Positions 8,497 through 16,821 are shown, numbered from the stretch's first letter. The stretch: DNA of 39,383 bases from an uncultured Bacilli bacterium (GCA_944372275.1 CALVYO010000001.1:1-39383), one strand, 5' to 3'. Program-made: numbers and translations. Notes: generated by a model not told the origin, from the letters alone.

Positions 8497-8547
8497 ATTA
8501 TAGCATACTAATTTTTTTTGTCAATATAATATGTCGATAATTGTCGA
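8497..8547 (-). promoter_or_regulatory. near-consensus sigma-A promoter of cassette 1 plus two upstream TGTCGA direct repeats
   Basis: Minus strand reads TTGACA (8519-8524), 16 nt, TATAAT (8497-8502). In plus-strand reading, TGTCGA occurs at 8532-8537 and 8542-8547. These are 10 bp apart and 13 bp from the -35. The geometry is identical upstream of A2. Confidence 0.6.
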
Positions 8548-8639
8548 AATTAATTTTACTAGCTTTTTTATTATTTGACAATATATTTTTACAATGATTG
8601 ACACTATTTTATATAAAAATGTAAATATTTTACAATAAT

Positions 8640-8668
8640 TGACACTTATAAAATACAATTTTACATTT
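8640..8668 (+). promoter_or_regulatory. candidate promoter for the plus-strand 203-aa gene
   Basis: TTGACA (8640-8645), 17 nt, TACATT (8663-8668), about 65 nt upstream of the ATG at 8734. A near-identical copy of the -35 region lies 41-42 bp upstream (8587-8605 versus 8629-8647). Confidence 0.4.
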
Positions 8669-8733
8669 TTATCTTGTTTTTTTACACATATATATGTATA
8701 ATAAAGGTGTAAAAGAAGAAAGAAGGGTTTTAA

Positions 8734-9345
8734 ATGAGAACAAAATTTAAAATTTTGATGGTAATTAGTTCTTTGGCTTTCACACTAAGTCTTATGAGTA
8801 ATACTTACTCAAGATATGTTGCTGATGTTGATGGCGATATTGAATTATTATTCGCAAAATGGCAAATACTTGTTAATGATAGTGATATCACTAATAACAC
8901 TACAACTTCTATTAATATAACTCCAGTTATGGAAGAAAATATTAATGTTGCTGATAATACCATTGCTCCTTCTTCTAAAGGTTATTTTGATATCGAAGTT
9001 GATCCATCTAATGTTGGTGTTTCTTTCAACTATAACATTACTTTAGATGTTGTTAATGAAAATCTACCTGATTTAATAATAAGTAAGTACGCTATATTAG
9101 ATAGTGATTATATCGAAGGTGATCAAATAACTACAACCACTATTTTAAATAATATTATAAATGGAACTGTTGATTATACTGATACCTTAGAACCATTTAA
9201 AATTAGAGTTTACTTTGAATGGTATGAAGGTGCTGATGAAGTTATGGATGATACAACTGATACTAACATTGGTTATGAAGCTACTTTAAATGATACTTCA
9301 TTATTAGTAAATGCAACAATAAGTTTCGAACAAAAAATTAATTAA
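8734..9345 (+). CDS. small secreted TasA/camelysin-like protein (203 aa)
   Basis: Signal peptide ends in MSNTYSRYVAD. Contains IAPSSKGYFDIEV, typical of the first strands of camelysin/TasA-type domains. C-terminus reads IRVYFEWYEGADEVMDDTTDTNIG...NATISFEQ. RBS is AAGAAGGG. Confidence 0.8.
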   Translation: MRTKFKILMVISSLAFTLSLMSNTYSRYVADVDGDIELLFAKWQILVNDSDITNNTTTSINITPVMEENINVADNTIAPSSKGYFDIEVDPSNVGVSFNYNITLDVVNENLPDLIISKYAILDSDYIEGDQITTTTILNNIINGTVDYTDTLEPFKIRVYFEWYEGADEVMDDTTDTNIGYEATLNDTSLLVNATISFEQKIN

Positions 9346-9368
9346 GAGAATTCGCTTCTCTTTTTTAA
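9344..9368. terminator. intrinsic terminator between the 203-aa gene and the convergent restriction gene
   Basis: AAGAGAA-ttcgc-TTCTCTT followed by TTTTT on the plus strand. The hairpin is usable from both directions. Confidence 0.55.
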
Positions 9369-9389
9369 TATATAAAAAAAATAGTATCA

Positions 9390-10226
9390 TTAACTATTCT
9401 TTTCATTAAAATATAAATTTTTAATTCTATCTAAAGCATCTTTAATATATTGACAACTAATCTTATATTGTTCAAAAACAATTTCAAATCCATTTTCATC
9501 ATCACATACAAAATTCCAATAATCTTTACCAATCAATAATTCTTCATCACAAAAAAATTGTTGTACTCTTTCTTGTTTCCAAATTTTATCTTCACCATAT
9601 TTATTGTATGCTGTAGCAAAAAATATATTTATTTTATCGTCTGATTCCAATAATTTATTTTTTAACAAAAAATATTCTTGTAATAATTCACTTTTTTCTG
9701 CCTTAGCCTTTTTATTATCTAAATCACCACCTGATTTTAATTCTATTACATAATGTTCCTTAGTTGAAGGGTTATAAAAATAATTATCTGTTTCGTGAGT
9801 TTTCATATAACTTTCTAAATTTTTAGGTTGGACACAATAAAAGTTGTTATAATCTTCTACACTAGGTTTAACATGTTTATCATATTCAGTAAGCAAATAA
9901 TCAATGTGTTGAGTCTGCTGAGGTAATAAATATGATTCTATTTTTCCCCTTACTTCATAAGATAAATTAGCAATAGAATTTCCTATATTTTCCAACACTT
10001 TACCAAAACTAGAATCAAATGATCTAACAAAGGCTGAATAAAACATAAATTCTTTACCTAATTCAGCAATAAAAACATTATTTTTTTTAGAATTAATAAC
10101 ACCGTCCGGATTATTAACCTCAGAAGCATATCTAAGTTCGAAGCCTTCAGCAAAATTTTTTATTCCTAAATCAACTATCTGTTTTATTGCAGTAATTTTA
10201 TGCTCTTTTAATAATTCTTCGGTCAT
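9390..10226 (-). CDS. candidate type II restriction endonuclease (278 aa)
   Basis: Starts 3 nt after the methyltransferase stop, with RBS AAGGAGG. Contains a PD-(D/E)xK-like arrangement (..THETDNYFY..EHYVIELKSGGD). Specificity unknown. Confidence 0.55.
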   Translation of the reverse strand: MTEELLKEHKITAIKQIVDLGIKNFAEGFELRYASEVNNPDGVINSKKNNVFIAELGKEFMFYSAFVRSFDSSFGKVLENIGNSIANLSYEVRGKIESYLLPQQTQHIDYLLTEYDKHVKPSVEDYNNFYCVQPKNLESYMKTHETDNYFYNPSTKEHYVIELKSGGDLDNKKAKAEKSELLQEYFLLKNKLLESDDKINIFFATAYNKYGEDKIWKQERVQQFFCDEELLIGKDYWNFVCDDENGFEIVFEQYKISCQYIKDALDRIKNLYFNEKNS

Positions 10227-10228
10227 TT

Positions 10229-11362
10229 CTAATCCTCCTTGTAGTTAGTAATTATTAAATGTTCAACATTTTTATTATTTCTATTTTGAAAACTTACCAA
10301 ATATTTTTTGTCAAATGATGATATATAAAATCCAGCATCTTTATATAAATTATAAATAAATTCTGTATTTTTAATTATTAACATAAATTTTGCTTTTGTT
10401 TTTTTTAAATAATTAAACAACCTTATTTGATCATTTTTATTAAAATCATTTTGTGCATAAGTTGAAAATTCAGTATCATAAGGTGGATCTAAAAACATAA
10501 AATCTTCTTTTGTTAAATTTATTTTATTACAAAATTCTTCAAAATCTAAATTGTATATTTCAGTTTTTTTCATATAATTTTTTATTTTTTCAGATGAAAT
10601 ATAATCTATTTTCTTTTTAAAATCTTTCTTATTATAACTTATGCCACCATAAGGAACATTAAATTTTCCTTGTTTATTATACCTAAACATTGATGCATAA
10701 CAATACTCTCTAATAAAATAAAAAATGGCTGATGAAAATTCTTTATCAATATCTAATTCATTTCTATAATTATACAAATATCTAAAGTGCATATAAAATG
10801 CACTTTTTAATGCTGATTCTAAATTATCTAATATATTTTTTTCAGTAAGTTTTCCTTTTTCTTTTTCAATTTTATTCATTCGACAAATTTTAGAATAAAA
10901 ATTTTTTTGGATTTCGTGAATAAAATTGTCAATTCTTATATTAAAACTTTCAGTTAATACACCATTAAATTCACTTGAATGTTGAATAACAAAATCACAA
11001 ATTTTATCATTATATTTAATTTTTTTTATTTTATCGATAGATGTTTCTTTACAAAATTTTTTATATAAGTTTAGTAATTCTTTTGCATTATTATCTATAA
11101 TTTTTTCAAGTAACATCCAATTATGATATAGTTCATTTAATTTATTAATAAATTTTTTATTATTATCTTTTATATATTTATATAAATTTATTAATTCGTC
11201 AGACTTATCATTTATAATTGAATTATTACAATTTAATGCAAAGTATACTGCCCCACCGCCAACAAAAGGTTCAACATATCTTGTAAAATTTTTCGGAATA
11301 TTTTCTAAAATAACAGATAATTCTTTTTCTTTGCCACCAGCCCATTTAATAAATGATTTCAT
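10229..11362 (-). CDS. Dam-class (alpha-group) N6-adenine DNA methyltransferase
   Basis: FIKWAGGKEKE and EPFVGGGAVYF (AdoMet motif I region) lie near the N-terminus, and FLDPPYD (motif IV) near the C-terminus. The start is trimmed to the ATG at 11362 (MKSFIKWAGGK) behind GAGGTG. The ORF-track start at 11404 has no RBS. Confidence 0.85.
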   Translation of the reverse strand: MKSFIKWAGGKEKELSVILENIPKNFTRYVEPFVGGGAVYFALNCNNSIINDKSDELINLYKYIKDNNKKFINKLNELYHNWMLLEKIIDNNAKELLNLYKKFCKETSIDKIKKIKYNDKICDFVIQHSSEFNGVLTESFNIRIDNFIHEIQKNFYSKICRMNKIEKEKGKLTEKNILDNLESALKSAFYMHFRYLYNYRNELDIDKEFSSAIFYFIREYCYASMFRYNKQGKFNVPYGGISYNKKDFKKKIDYISSEKIKNYMKKTEIYNLDFEEFCNKINLTKEDFMFLDPPYDTEFSTYAQNDFNKNDQIRLFNYLKKTKAKFMLIIKNTEFIYNLYKDAGFYISSFDKKYLVSFQNRNNKNVEHLIITNYKED

Positions 11363-11394
11363 TTTAAACACCTCATTTTTTGTGTTACATAAAT

Positions 11395-11423
11395 ATACTA
11401 TCATACAAACATATGTATGTCAA
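11395..11423 (-). promoter_or_regulatory. promoter of the R-M operon
   Basis: Minus strand reads TTGACA (11418-11423), 17 nt, TAGTAT (11395-11400). Confidence 0.5.
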
Positions 11424-11432
11424 TAAAAATTG

Positions 11433-11457
11433 ATAAAAATGTGCATCTAAACACATT
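11433..11457 (-). terminator. intrinsic terminator after the SipW-like pseudo-peptidase gene
   Basis: Minus strand reads AATGTG-8 nt-CACATT followed by TTTTT, directly after the stop at 11458-11460. Confidence 0.5.
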
Positions 11458-11997
11458 TTATTCTTCAACATCAACTTCATCGCCATATTTAATTTCAACG
11501 ATTAATGCATATAATTCATATATAAATATTAAGAAACAAGGTACTAATACGATGAATAAAAATCCCCATTGTGATTCTATTATATTTAATACTGTTCCGA
11601 TATCATTATATACTTTAGTAGGACGACCAATTAAATATTTTAATGAATATGGATCACCATTTTCTAGAGTAATTACTTGATTATCAACATTAACTTCTCC
11701 TACTTTACCAATGTTGATGTCAGCTGTTTTAGACATTTGATCTACTTTATAAACAAACACTGTTTCGCCTACTTGCAAATTTTCTGGTGCCGCTTCTTCA
11801 ACTAATACTAAATCACCCTTTTGAAAATCCTCATGGCTTACTTTATCTTTTAAAATTACTAATGAAGTTTCACCAAATACGGTTACACGATAGTCATTAA
11901 AGTTTAATAATAAAACTGTCATAACTAAAGCGAAAGAAAAATAAATTACTCCAAATGTTACGATTAATACTTTTTTTATTGTTTTTAATGCTTTCAT
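11458..11997 (-). CDS. SipW-family paralog lacking the catalytic Ser and His boxes (pseudo-signal-peptidase, ~179 aa)
   Basis: Same architecture as SipW: N-terminal TM, beta-rich ectodomain, C-terminal TM (FLFIVLVPCFLIFIYELYALIV). Where SipW has SGSMEP this protein has VILKDKVSHED. Where SipW has THR(I/V) it has VFVYKV. The QKGDLVLV and ENGD blocks are retained. I prefer the start at 11997 (GGAGGT RBS); 12015 is the alternative. Confidence 0.65.
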   Translation of the reverse strand: MKALKTIKKVLIVTFGVIYFSFALVMTVLLLNFNDYRVTVFGETSLVILKDKVSHEDFQKGDLVLVEEAAPENLQVGETVFVYKVDQMSKTADINIGKVGEVNVDNQVITLENGDPYSLKYLIGRPTKVYNDIGTVLNIIESQWGFLFIVLVPCFLIFIYELYALIVEIKYGDEVDVEE

Positions 11998-12005
11998 AAT
12001 ACCTC

Positions 12006-12854
12006 CTAATTGCATTCTATTTCTAATAAAGAAAATTCATTTACATCATAAGTTGCTGATTTATCTACTTTATAAAATATGTAACTTAAATTATCTTTAC
12101 TAGGAATTTCTAAAATTATTTCATTAATATAACCATTTTGCATATTATAATTGGTTATATTATCTTTATCGATTCTTAATTTGTTAGCATCCCAATTAAT
12201 TTTTACACATTTTTTATCATCGGATGAATTTGTTATTGTTAGTCTATCATAATTATTAAAACTTTGATAAGTCATATCTGTTTTTTCAACTAATGTTTTA
12301 TCTTTTTTTAAAATAAATGTTCCGGTTAAAGTCTTTTCATATGGCTCAATACTTACTACTTCGATATCTGCAGTTACATTATCAGTTGCTATATCAAAAT
12401 AGATATCAGCAGTAGATTTTTGAATTACCCAATTATATCCCTTTGATTCGCAAGTTGCTTTATCAAAATCTGTCGTATCTACGCCATCATTTTTATTATT
12501 AATACAAGTATTATAACTTGATAATGTCCCATAATAAGTATTAGAATCAGTACCATTTATTTTGCAATCAGTACCATCTGATAATGTACAAGTAACTTTA
12601 TATTTTATGTCATAGTCTGTTATAGCTGCCTCATTTATTGAATTTGTTAAATTGAAATGAACGCTCGTTCCATCCCAAACATTATTGACATTTTTAACAT
12701 TATCACCTAGTTTATCACTACTTAAATAAAATCCTTGAGAATTTAAGTAGTAGTTCCATACTGAATTAGAAATGTACTTTGCTAAAGTTAAACCATTGGT
12801 TATTAATAATACTACAGTTAAAAGAACTACACCTATAATTAAATATTTTCGCAT
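12006..12854 (-). CDS. secreted protein with SipW-type signal (282 aa), Cys-rich
   Basis: Signal MRKYLIIGVVLLTVVLLITNGLTLAKYISN. Its ATG abuts the stop of the upstream gene (TAAATG) behind AGGTGA. Asn/Thr-rich mature part. Confidence 0.75.
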   Translation of the reverse strand: MRKYLIIGVVLLTVVLLITNGLTLAKYISNSVWNYYLNSQGFYLSSDKLGDNVKNVNNVWDGTSVHFNLTNSINEAAITDYDIKYKVTCTLSDGTDCKINGTDSNTYYGTLSSYNTCINNKNDGVDTTDFDKATCESKGYNWVIQKSTADIYFDIATDNVTADIEVVSIEPYEKTLTGTFILKKDKTLVEKTDMTYQSFNNYDRLTITNSSDDKKCVKINWDANKLRIDKDNITNYNMQNGYINEIILEIPSKDNLSYIFYKVDKSATYDVNEFSLLEIECN

Positions 12855-13391
12855 TTAATCACCTAACTTCTGCCAACTATTAATTTCTACATCGATAAAA
12901 TCAGCTAAATTTGTATATTCTAAAGAATTATATTCACTTGGAAATGTCAATTTTATTTTATAATTATCTAATATTTCTGTATTATGACTTAGTGTCTGAA
13001 CACTTGAATTACATACCAATTCATCAAATTCGTTTCGCGAATAAGTTTCATCACAATTCATTATTAATTCTTCTGATTCGCCTTCTTTATATAATTCAAT
13101 AGTTAAAGGCATAAAATGATATGTTTTTATAGTTATTTGATATTCAACTGTTACATTACTTAATTTTTCTTCTTTATTTGTAACAGAAAACATATATTCT
13201 TCGACACTTCCTGGATTTAAATTATTTAAGTTTAATTCTAAATGATCTAATTGTTTACTTTCGAAAACAAATTTAGCTATTTTTTGATCGACATTAATAT
13301 TACTATCGGAATAGAAGATAGAATATGTAACGCCAGTACCTAAAAATATTGCTATTAAAATGAATAGAATTATCAATACTTTATGTTTCAT
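12855..13391 (-). CDS. small secreted TasA/camelysin-like protein (178 aa)
   Basis: Signal ends in GTGVTYSIFYSD. LNPGSVEEYMFSVTN matches the l.PG....f.v.N strand typical of camelysin/TasA domains. Ends in EINSWQ. RBS is AGGAGGAG. Confidence 0.8.
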   Translation of the reverse strand: MKHKVLIILFILIAIFLGTGVTYSIFYSDSNINVDQKIAKFVFESKQLDHLELNLNNLNPGSVEEYMFSVTNKEEKLSNVTVEYQITIKTYHFMPLTIELYKEGESEELIMNCDETYSRNEFDELVCNSSVQTLSHNTEILDNYKIKLTFPSEYNSLEYTNLADFIDVEINSWQKLGD

Positions 13392-13400
13392 TTTCTCCTC

Positions 13401-16400
13401 CTATCTTACGATAAATTTCTTTTCTATTGTTCCTATTTTTGTAGTTCCATCATATAGTTCGAAAACAAATTTATAGCCACCTTGCATATTAATTAAATCT
13501 AATTGTTGTGGCAAAGTGTAATAATTATCAGTAATCTTATTTAATGATGTTGTTGTATAATTACCTAAATCAATCAATGTATAATCTTGATTATAAGCAG
13601 TTAATTGTTGTTTTTTATATAATGATACTCGAATATATGGATCAGTAAATGTTCCTGTTTTAGTTATATCAAAATTAACAATATCATCAGTAATTACATT
13701 ATTAAAATCTACATTAAAACCATAATCAGTAGTAATATTATTAGTAACAATTACTGGGATTGTAATTTCATTACTATATTCATTACCATACATTCCATCA
13801 TATGAGGATATAGCCTTAATTTTAATATAATATGTCCCGGATAATAACTTGCTATTATCAATTGATGTTGTTATTTCGATATTACCAATATCATTAATTC
13901 GAACTATACCATCATTATTTGGTGAATATTCTTTATTATTAACTTTAAAAGTTAGATTTTTTAAATATTCTTTAGCAACTATATTATCATTACTATCGAC
14001 TAATTTAATATTTAAACCAATTATCTTTTCAGCATAAGTTGTATCGATGATATCTTGACCATTAATCATTCCATAATTGATATTATGAGCAATATCGATT
14101 ATATTTGTTGAATCACTGTTATAAATTATTGAATTACTATAATTAGAACTAATCGTAATATTAGTTTCGCTATCGTATATATTAAATAATTTTTCAGTTT
14201 GTTTTAATGTTTTTATTATACCATCTTGATTATTTAACTCCATTGTAATATTTATATCTTCTAATGTTTCAACCGTATTAAATTCGATCATTAATGTGAA
14301 GTTTTCATTAATTTGACCAGTATAATTATTTTCATCAAATAAATTAGTTGAACCAACTTCACTAAATGAAGTTAATGGATAAGTTGTTATTAAAGTATCG
14401 ATGATATAAGTATAAACTTTATTTTTATTATTATCGATTAAAGTTAATTTAGTATTAAGTGGTAAAGCAATATTAGTTATAATACTATGTGTTTTTAAAT
14501 CATTATATTGATAATTAGAATTATAACTTAATTCTAATATCATTTTAGAATTGTTAGTTATATTATTGCTTGTAGTTATTTGATTAATTTGATAGCCTTC
14601 ATATATTATATATTCACTATTAACATAAGTTACATAATCGGCGTTATCGACTACTTTAGCATATAAAATATATGTTCCTTGATTATTTATTGTTACTTTA
14701 TCACTATAAGTATTCCAACTAACATTATTTAATTGTTCTTCAGTTAATACTTCTTGCGCTAAATGATATTCGATACTTTTTATACCAGATAAATTATCAG
14801 TAGCCGTTATCGTTATATCTTTACTTTCATTTATGTAATTTTTAATAATTGGTGTGGTTAAACTTTGCCAAGATTTATCATCCATACTAATAACCACATC
14901 TGAACCAGATAAATCTAAAATAATTAAATCTGTATTTAAATAATAAATATTATCGTTATTATCTACTACTTTAGCATATATAACATATTTTCCCTCATCT
15001 TTAATTTCGACGATATTTTCATAAGGGATCCAAGTTAAATTATTTATCTCAGCATTACTTAAAACTTTATCACTTATGTAATAACTTACTTCTTTAAAAG
15101 GTCTTAAAGCATCAACTTGTTCGATACTAAAAACCGTACTACTATTTAATTTAATTGTGTTTAATTCATAACCTAAATTATCCCAAGTATAAGATCCTAA
15201 ATGAATATTAGCGATTGGACTTGCAATATCATCAATAGCTAAAATCGGATAACTTCCTTCTTCATAAATCCAAATATTATCTTCATTATTAAGTAAATCA
15301 TCGTTATCGATAAATTCATTAAATTGTAAATTAGTTAAAACATAATCTTTAGTTTTTAAATTATTTATATCAGTTAAAATAGGACCAGTAACTAATCCTT
15401 CATTAACGATATTTCCTGAAGTATAATAAACATTTTCGATATTTAAGGTTTCATTTACATTATTAAATAAATATGTCGTATCAGTAGCAAAAGAATTTTT
15501 TAAATTAATTGTTCCATTTATATCATTTATTAAATAATCAGTAGTTCCAACACTATAACTTTTATCGATATTAGATGTACCATTTATACTTGTTACTAAG
15601 CCTGTTGTTGTATCTCCAGTAAGTGTTCCATTATTATAGGCTCTGTTAATATTGATATTATTTGTATAACCTAATAAACCACTACTTATTTTTCCATAAA
15701 TTGAACCTTTATTAATAACATTAGTAATAATCGTATCGTTTGCATTGGCAACAATACCACTAGTTATATTTGGATTATAAGTAACTTCATAAGTTAAATT
15801 AGAAATTAAAGTATTAGTATCAATAGTTATTTTATTTACTTTTCCTAAATCTAAACTAAATTCACCAGTAACTTCACTTTCATTAATTAAAATTGTATCT
15901 GTTATATTACCTTTAACAATTACATTAGTAATATTTCCTGCTATATAAGGAATAGCAATTTCGGTTAAACTACTTACTTCAGGAATGTCATAACTTTCTG
16001 TTTTAGTAGTTAATTCATTATTACTTACTACATAACCGTTATATAAAATATTAGTTAAAGATGCGTTAGTACTATCAGTAGCAATACCAGCAGTAACATT
16101 TCCACCATAAATCATCGCATTTTCAACATATAAATTACTTACATTACCACTTAAATTAGTAAACAAACCTACTTCTTCATTTTGATTAGTAATATATAAT
16201 CCATATATACGATATGAATTACCATTTAAATAACCTTTAAAATTATCTAAAGATTCAAATAGATTAATTGTTTTAATTTTAGTACCTGTATAATCTTTAT
16301 TATCATATACTTCATTAGTATATTCTTTTATGTAAAAAATCGTATTATTTATTTTATATTTAATTCCTTCTTCATCATAACTAAATATACCATCATTTAA

Positions 16401-16691
16401 AACAATATCATTATTTAATTCGAAATATGTATCTTGATAATCTTCAGTTTTAAGCATACTAGCAAAATAAGCAAGTTCATTACCATTTGAAATTATATAT
16501 GGATCAGTACTTGTTCCTGTTCCCTTTCGATAACTAGTAGCCACATTACCATCCCATACTTCAATTTCATTAATTGATGTTCTATTTTGATAGCGGGCCA
16601 AACTAGGTATCATAATTGATAAAATTAATATAAATACTAAAATCAAAATTAAATAATTTTGTTTAGGTATTTTATTTAATATACTCTTCAT
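13401..16691 (-). CDS. 1096-aa secreted beta-helix (GLUG-like) and Ig-like-repeat surface protein with SipW-type signal
   Basis: TM/signal ends in IPSLARYQNR. Then GTGTSTDPYIISNGNELAYFASML and VGLFTNLSGNVSNLYVEN-type repeats follow, suggesting a right-handed beta-helix or GLUG-type region. Two tandem ~90-aa repeats follow (..NNLTWIPYENIVEIKDEGKYVIYAKVVDNNDN.. and ..NNVSWNTYSDKVTINNQGTYILYAKVVDNADY..). No LPXTG or other wall-anchor motif. Confidence 0.8.
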   Translation of the reverse strand: MKSILNKIPKQNYLILILVFILILSIMIPSLARYQNRTSINEIEVWDGNVATSYRKGTGTSTDPYIISNGNELAYFASMLKTEDYQDTYFELNNDIVLNDGIFSYDEEGIKYKINNTIFYIKEYTNEVYDNKDYTGTKIKTINLFESLDNFKGYLNGNSYRIYGLYITNQNEEVGLFTNLSGNVSNLYVENAMIYGGNVTAGIATDSTNASLTNILYNGYVVSNNELTTKTESYDIPEVSSLTEIAIPYIAGNITNVIVKGNITDTILINESEVTGEFSLDLGKVNKITIDTNTLISNLTYEVTYNPNITSGIVANANDTIITNVINKGSIYGKISSGLLGYTNNININRAYNNGTLTGDTTTGLVTSINGTSNIDKSYSVGTTDYLINDINGTINLKNSFATDTTYLFNNVNETLNIENVYYTSGNIVNEGLVTGPILTDINNLKTKDYVLTNLQFNEFIDNDDLLNNEDNIWIYEEGSYPILAIDDIASPIANIHLGSYTWDNLGYELNTIKLNSSTVFSIEQVDALRPFKEVSYYISDKVLSNAEINNLTWIPYENIVEIKDEGKYVIYAKVVDNNDNIYYLNTDLIILDLSGSDVVISMDDKSWQSLTTPIIKNYINESKDITITATDNLSGIKSIEYHLAQEVLTEEQLNNVSWNTYSDKVTINNQGTYILYAKVVDNADYVTYVNSEYIIYEGYQINQITTSNNITNNSKMILELSYNSNYQYNDLKTHSIITNIALPLNTKLTLIDNNKNKVYTYIIDTLITTYPLTSFSEVGSTNLFDENNYTGQINENFTLMIEFNTVETLEDINITMELNNQDGIIKTLKQTEKLFNIYDSETNITISSNYSNSIIYNSDSTNIIDIAHNINYGMINGQDIIDTTYAEKIIGLNIKLVDSNDNIVAKEYLKNLTFKVNNKEYSPNNDGIVRINDIGNIEITTSIDNSKLLSGTYYIKIKAISSYDGMYGNEYSNEITIPVIVTNNITTDYGFNVDFNNVITDDIVNFDITKTGTFTDPYIRVSLYKKQQLTAYNQDYTLIDLGNYTTTSLNKITDNYYTLPQQLDLINMQGGYKFVFELYDGTTKIGTIEKKFIVR

Positions 16692-16742
16692 AAATATCTT
16701 CCTTTACCACTTATTATTCTTTAACTTCTCTACCTTATATCA

Positions 16743-16761
16743 ATTATAACATAAATCGACA
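16743..16761 (-). promoter_or_regulatory. extended -10 promoter of the 1096-aa gene with an ATGTCGA box
   Basis: Minus strand reads ATGTCGATTTATGTTATAAT, which is TGnTATAAT with TGTCGA 7 nt upstream of the -10. RBS AAAGGAAG precedes the ATG at 16691. Confidence 0.45.
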
Positions 16762-16789
16762 TCTTTTGCACTATATTTACTAATTATTT

Positions 16790-16819
16790 AAAAAAAAGAT
16801 TAGAGTTTGCTCTCTAATC
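16790..16819 (-). terminator. intrinsic terminator-like hairpin
   Basis: GATTAGAG (16798-16805) pairs with CTCTAATC (16812-16819). On the minus strand it is followed by T8 (plus-strand A-run 16790-16797). Confidence 0.5.
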
Positions 16820-16821
16820 CT

